Of a DNA stretch of 64,000 bases, positions 36,193-64,000 are shown piece after piece. This DNA is from Flaccisagitta enflata (taxonomy: Eukaryota). Under the pieces are notes generated by a model that was not told where the DNA came from, made no database searches, and saw only the letters and a program-made list of their open reading frames with translations. Position 1 is the first letter of the stretch, and each line of letters begins with the position of its first letter. The stretch lies in assembly GCA_965153355.1 (NCBI GenBank), contig OZ231126.1, positions 5,580,001 to 5,644,000 of the forward strand, written 5' to 3'. The translations under genes were made by a program, and so were the position numbers.

Positions 36193-37936
36193 GTGAGTAC
36201 AAGATAGTAACCCCATCCAAAAACGATCTCACGTGATCATAATCATAACCAGAGGGCGTGAGTGAATGGCCATCTCTGACCGCATCGATAATCTGAAAGC
36301 GTGTTTTCATTCACAGTTCATGAATGGGCACCTTATGTTTAAAATGAAATTGCACAAATCATTCGCTATACACTCGTCTGTCTCTTTCTGCGTCTAGCTT
36401 TGTCTGTCTATGTTGGTCGCTCTACCCGTCTTTCTATCTTTGTCTCTCTAAGAAAGTTTGTTTGTGTCTCTGACTCCTGCGTATGAGTGCGCGCGTATGT
36501 CTGTCTGTTTCTATTTTTGTAGATGACTGTCTTTCTCCCGTCGTTCTCTAAAAACGGATATACATTTTGAAATTTGGAAATCGTCCACAAGTTGGTGCCC
36601 TCACGACCACAACCACCGCTATCTTGAACCGCAAGCTGACTTGCATCCTGACTCATGCGCAGAAAAATGAAATGGAGAATGCGTATGGTAAATAGGTTGT
36701 ACAAAAAGCGATAACAGGCAGTTATAACATATCGGTAATATCGGCAAAATAAGCATTGTACCAGTTAAAGCTTTCACACTTAATACACGGGACTTGGTTT
36801 TTGTAGTTGAAGCGTGCCTACTGTTAGAGATGGTAGAATTTTTTTTCAGGCGGTCACGGTGTTTTTATGCCATTTATATTCAAATTTTGCGCTTTATTTT
36901 CCATCCAAGGCTTTTCAGCACCCAATATCATTCCCAGAGATCGCATTTGAGTCTAAGAACTTGAAGTTTTAACAAAAATTGGCGATTTTCATGTGATTTT
37001 AGTTAAAAATAATGATCAATTTTTGGTAAAAATCGTGTAGCAAATGTGTAGCACAGAGAAATACTCATTTTTGGGACAAGTTTTACTTCATTCATACCGT
37101 GAGGAACGTGGAATTATCTCTATTGACTTATTAGAGATAGATGAAAAAAAAATTTAGGCGATATCTTTCTTTTTACGCGAAAAAGCTTGCTCAAAAGATG
37201 CAGTGTCAGTGACACCGAAATTGTTTTCAACCCATCAACTCTATGGGTTATTTCATAATTCTTTAGAGGGGGTCTGGCTAGTGATTTAAAGTGATTTTTC
37301 TGTTGCAGTCCCTAGATTTAGGTCTAATAGACCAAAGACGACCGTTGATTTGATCAAGACAATCGCAAGAGAAATTCCCTATCCACTTTTCCGACCAGCC
37401 CTATTTCCGGCGCTTTAAGAAGACATGTTCCATTTTGTCACAGGTGTTCTTATCATGTCATATTCCGTTGTTAAGCAATCTACGTTGAATTAAGCTTTTT
37501 TTTTTAACTTTGTTGGCATGTTTTCAACTCTGCAGAAAAAGAAAATGCAACAGTTGGACGTAATGATATCAGAGTTGATCATGTGACAGGATGACCCTTT
37601 TTCCGACGCTTTAAGAAACTTGGCGGAAACTCGGCGAAAGTTGCCAGGGTCAATTTCAATAACTATAAGGTTGCTCATAAGTTTTTATTTGCAAGCTAAT
37701 AAGAGGAAACACTATGACGCTTCTGAGAGCTGATCCCATTGAAACATATCGTCGTCGTCGTCGTCGTTGTTGGAGACTCAGTGGGGTAATAATTATTCTA
37801 TTTTAACGATTTCTTAGGCTTAGCCCATAAATACTGACCCAACTGGTCAAAAAACAGGTCAATGACTGGTCAAAGTTGATTGAAATTGGAGAAAAGGCAG
37901 AAGCTCTAATTAAGCTTTGGGATCAAAAAGTCGTTT

Positions 37937-38492
37937 ATTCATTCACTCATTCATTCACTCATTCATTCACTCATTCATTCCTTCATTCATTCATTTGTTC
38001 ATTCACTCGTTCATTCATTCATTCCCTTGTTCATTCATTCGTTCATTCACTCGTTCATTCATTCATTCGTTCATTAATTTGTTCATTCATTTGTGCATTC
38101 ATTCATTCACTCGTTCATTTATTCAATCACTCGTTCATTTATTTATTTACTCATTCATTTATTCATTCACTCGTTCATTTTTTCATTCACTCGTTCATTT
38201 ATTCATTCACTCGTTCATTTATTCATTCACTCGTTCATTTATTCATTCACTCGTTCATTTATTCATTCACTCATTCATTTATTCATTCACTCGTTGATTT
38301 ATTCATTCACTCGTTCATTTATTCATTCACTCATTCATTTATTCATTCATTCTTTTATTCATTCACTTGTTCATTATTTCATTCATTCGTTCATTCATCC
38401 GCTCATTCATTGACTCTTTCATTCATCCTCTTGTTAATTCATCCACTGTATTCATTCACTTGTCCATTCATACCCTTCATTCATACCCTTCA
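37937..38492. repeat. (TTCA)n-derived satellite with a 20-bp higher-order unit
   Basis: ATTCATTCACTCGTTCATTT repeated. Confidence 0.9.
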
Positions 38493-38654
38493 TTCGCACG
38501 TATTTCCTGAAAAAAAGCGTCTAGGTTGCTTACAGAATTGAACAAGTCAGATCGGGCAACTAGATGCGTCATCTGCGTGATATTAGAAGAGGCGTAACGG
38601 ACCGACGGACATAGCATTCATTTTAGCCTTATTCTCTAGTCAGAGAGAGACAGG

Positions 38655-38725
<71 letters not shown>

Positions 38726-39516
38726 GTTGACCAAATTTTGACCGACACTGCTTTATTTTGCATCAAAAAAGGAGCACAAATCGTCTTAAAGAGCATTCGA
38801 TTTGATAGGCGACATCGCCACGGCAGATAAGTGCCGAAAACTGTGTTTTTAAGGAGGCGTAACGGACGGACCGACGGGCGGACCGACGGACCGACCGACG
38901 AACCGACGGACGGACAGACCCTCTTATAGAGATGCGAGGACGCATCTAAAAACAGCTTTCCTACCCCTTATGACGACGACAATGACCAAGGCGATAAGAA
39001 ACTTGAGGATTCCAAGTTTTCAGATTCGTCTGTTAGTTTTGCTTCTCCCGCCAAACTTCGCTCCCATTTCCATTCATAAAAATGGATTGCGGAAATCATG
39101 AGCATCCTGCGCTTATATGCTAAGGAAGGACGGACTCTTTGAAAACGCGATATACCATCCAAAAGGGCTTTTAACATATCCCGACACGAAGAAATTCTGC
39201 TTTGAGCAGTGGCGCACTATCAAGGGTTAACCTGATTTGCATAATTAAGTGAAAACTCGCATTTGCCGGCGTGCTACAATTTATTAAGCGCCAATATCCC
39301 GAGGAATGACTAAAGGTGGTTTCTAGGAAAGGTTATGACGAGTTTTTAACAGTTTTGAAAGATGAAAATTTTTCTTGTCATTTGACCGCCTGAAAAAAGA
39401 TTCGACCAGATATTATTATTATTTCCCTAAATTTTTAAGGAGTATCTTTTTGTCGTTTTCTCGCTGTAATTGTTTTTTGTTTTAAGGAGACTGTTGTTGT
39501 TCTTGTTGACTAGTTT

Positions 39517-61409
<21,893 letters not shown>

Positions 61410-61528
61410 CGTCGGATGTTTTCTTCGTTGTCGTTTTATGATTTTATCCCTTTATCCCATATTTCGCGTAAAGAAATCTGAAAGAAAATGTCGAGGGAAA
61501 TAAAAATTATGCTCTGGTTTAATCTTGA

Positions 61529-61716
61529 ATACCAGTAAAGGCGGCTCTCGCCGACCGGAAAAAAATCGTAAGATTGTTTTTGTTTTTTTCAGTTTCTTCT
61601 TTCTCTTCATTGCATTCACATGCTTCTGTGTGTTTGTGTGTCTGTATGTGTGTGTCTGTATGTGTGTGTCTGTCTCTCTTTGTCTCTCTCTCTCTGACTC
61701 TCTCTGACTCTCTCTC

Positions 61717-61799
<83 letters not shown>

Positions 61800-62767
61800 C
61801 TCTGTCTCTCTCTCTCTCTCTCGTGTCTTTTTTTTCTCTTTCCCCCCTCCCTCTCTCTCCTTCTCTCTCCCTCTCTCTCTGTCTCTCTCCCTCTCTCTCC
61901 TCTTCCTCCCTCTCCCTCCTCTCTCCCTCTCCCTTCCTCTCTCTCCTTCTCTCTCTCTCTCGCTCCCACCTCTCCCTCCCTTTCCCCTTCCTTCACTCCC
62001 TCCCTCTCTCCCTCCCTCTCTTCCCTCCTTTCTCCCTCTCTCTCTCTCCCTCCCTCTCTCCCTCCTTCTCTCCCTCCCTCTCTCCCACCTCCCTTCCTCT
62101 CCACCTCCCTCTCTCCCTCCCTCCATCCTTCTCTCCCTCCCTCTCTTCCTCCCAGTCTCCGTCCCCTCGCTCTCCCTTTCTCTTAACCTTTTACCCTCTC
62201 ACTCTCCCTCCTCCTTCTCTACCTCTCCCTCCTCTCTATCTCTCCCTCCCTCCCTCTCTCCTCTCCCACCCTCCCTCCCTCCCAATCTCCCTCCCTCCCT
62301 CTCCTCACCTCCTATCCCTCCCTACTCCTCTCCCTCTCTACTCTCCCTCCCTCCCTCTCTCTCCACCCTCTCCTCCCCATCTCCTCCCTCTCTCTCCTAC
62401 TCTCTCTCTGCCTCCCTCTCCCTCCCTCCCTCTACCCTCTGCTGAACTCATTTTTGTTGTGACATAGGGCCCAAAATTGAGATCGATGAAAAATATCGAT
62501 CCTTGAGAAATTTGCGGAAAATGTGAAAAAATAAAAAAAGATTAAAAAATTCATAGCGCCTAAAGTATTGGTCCGACAGTGCCCTGCTTTTTTCCAGAAC
62601 GTGTAAAAAAGTGCCCTCTTCCACCCTGTACCAATTTCAACCCCAGCCACGGGCGAGCCTAGTTCTGACTCAACTTTCCCAAATTGTCTCAAGCGAAAAA
62701 GGGAAACATTAATTCCTAACCCGGAACTCAAAAAATCGAAAAACGTTTTTCGATTTTTTTCCCAATT
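61529..62767 (-). mobile_element. Non-autonomous Helitron-superfamily-like element (copy 2), just upstream of the TRIM start codon
   Basis: Reverse complement of 10181-10510 and ~11455-11617, joined by a CT-rich low-complexity core. Confidence 0.7.
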
Positions 62768-64000
62768 ATTCTTTCTGATCCACCCAGGCGTGTATAAATT
62801 TGATTATTGCTTTCCCCTGGGGGGGGGGAAGCAAGATGAAATCCGAAGGTTTGGAGATGGCAAAAATAAACGAAGGCTAGAAAAGAAGAAAAATGATCAA
62901 TTTTGAAGATTTAAAACTACTGGTAGTTCCAAAAGTCCATAATCGATTACTACATCAGTATGGGGGTCCAAAGGTAGTACAACACAATTCTATACTATTT
63001 TGAGACAAATTCTACCATATTTAAGCTCTACGGGGTAGGGAATCAAATACTTTTTTGGCCGACCGGGGAAGGAAATCAAAAGCCAGTCAACGTTATACAC
63101 CCCAGATTAAACCATTTCACCACGACAGTTCTCTCTCCAATCTACATCCTCACTGAACTTTGAAGAAATTGTGGTTCATTCTTTTTGTAATCGAATTAAG
63201 TCTCAACTCTCAACCGTTTCCGCGTATATGCGCGCTCACGATCACATGTTCAAGACAGCTGTGCCAAAAAAAGATAAAAATATAGAAACAAAAAAAAAAG
63301 ACTGAGGGCTGCCATATCAAGTATGCTTGAAAGGGAGATGGTGGAAAAAGGCAAGGAAAGATGGATGTGCCTGGTGTGATTTTATGTGCCAACTTGGATT
63401 TCCTTTTTTTCCTTTTTTAGTTGGTTGATCCGTTTTTGTATCTAGCCGTTGCTTTTGTTTTGATCATGGAAAGGATGATATATCGAAGCTAAGTTTGTGT
63501 CAAGGTCAAGGGCCTTGATGGGAGAAGGGAGAAGAAATTTCAAAGATCTCCCCACCCCCATCCCCATTCAATCCCCATCCCCACTTCACCATCCCGACTT
63601 CTTCTCCATCCTCATTCCCACCTCGCCCTATCCCACTCCGTTTTCTTCATGCGATGAGATTATTGACGTGGTTCCGTTGTTTGTGAAAGAGCTTTTGCCA
63701 TCAAACCGTCATCTTTTGCGCTTGAAAGCCTCGCTTCACCAAAATCCACTTAAGAGAGCATTTTTTTCTCTTTCTTTCATTTTCCCCTTTATGGCTTTGT
63801 GTCGTTAGTAAGCAGTTGCTGAGTCAAAAATGTTTTTTTTTTGTCTGTTCACTAAACTGGCTTTTTAGGCAGCGGCCCCGAAGGGGTCAATGTATTTTAC
63901 CGCACATGGCCCAATTTGCAGCCTCGAGGCTCAAATCCCCTGCTCAAATACACGCCAAGCATAGGTCATCAGCTCTTTTTGAGCCGCTACCCTTCTTACA

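Noticed and set aside
37876-38541. 221-aa His/Ser/Phe-rich ORF
   Set aside because: Translation of the (TTCA)n satellite.
61452-62467. Long ER/SL-rich ORFs (also near 4.8, 11.2, 14.5, 20.4, 40.5 and 58-59 kb)
   Set aside because: Microsatellite translations.

Overview
Repeat-rich metazoan (probably invertebrate) genomic DNA with spliceosomal introns. Exon structures were reconstructed by hand for four conserved genes. (1) The 5' part of androglobin (ADGB; minus strand, ~2.4-14 kb), which continues past the left edge. (2) MTFP1 (plus, 27.2-28.9 kb, complete, 158 aa). (3) ZNF598/Hel2 (plus, 30.0 to at least 36.2 kb, 3' end unresolved). (4) A TRIM2/TRIM3-like TRIM-NHL gene (minus, 39.5-61.4 kb, 19 exons). 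A fifth, intronless ORF (<3-1292, plus) lies antisense within an ADGB intron. It appears to encode an IRE1/RNase L-type kinase C-lobe plus KEN ribonuclease domain followed by two ubiquitin-like domains. The most striking pattern is a recurrent 'splice-site echo': at a dozen or more exon boundaries in three unrelated genes, the exon end and its splice site are tandemly copied into the adjacent intron (2 to ~30 copies, units of 13-114 bp), and the copies often decay with distance. Introns and intergenic DNA hold many non-autonomous elements (Helentron/DINE-like, Tc1/pogo MITEs, hAT and PIF/Harbinger-like MITEs, several nested) and long microsatellites. All homology calls come from recalled motifs, not database searches.
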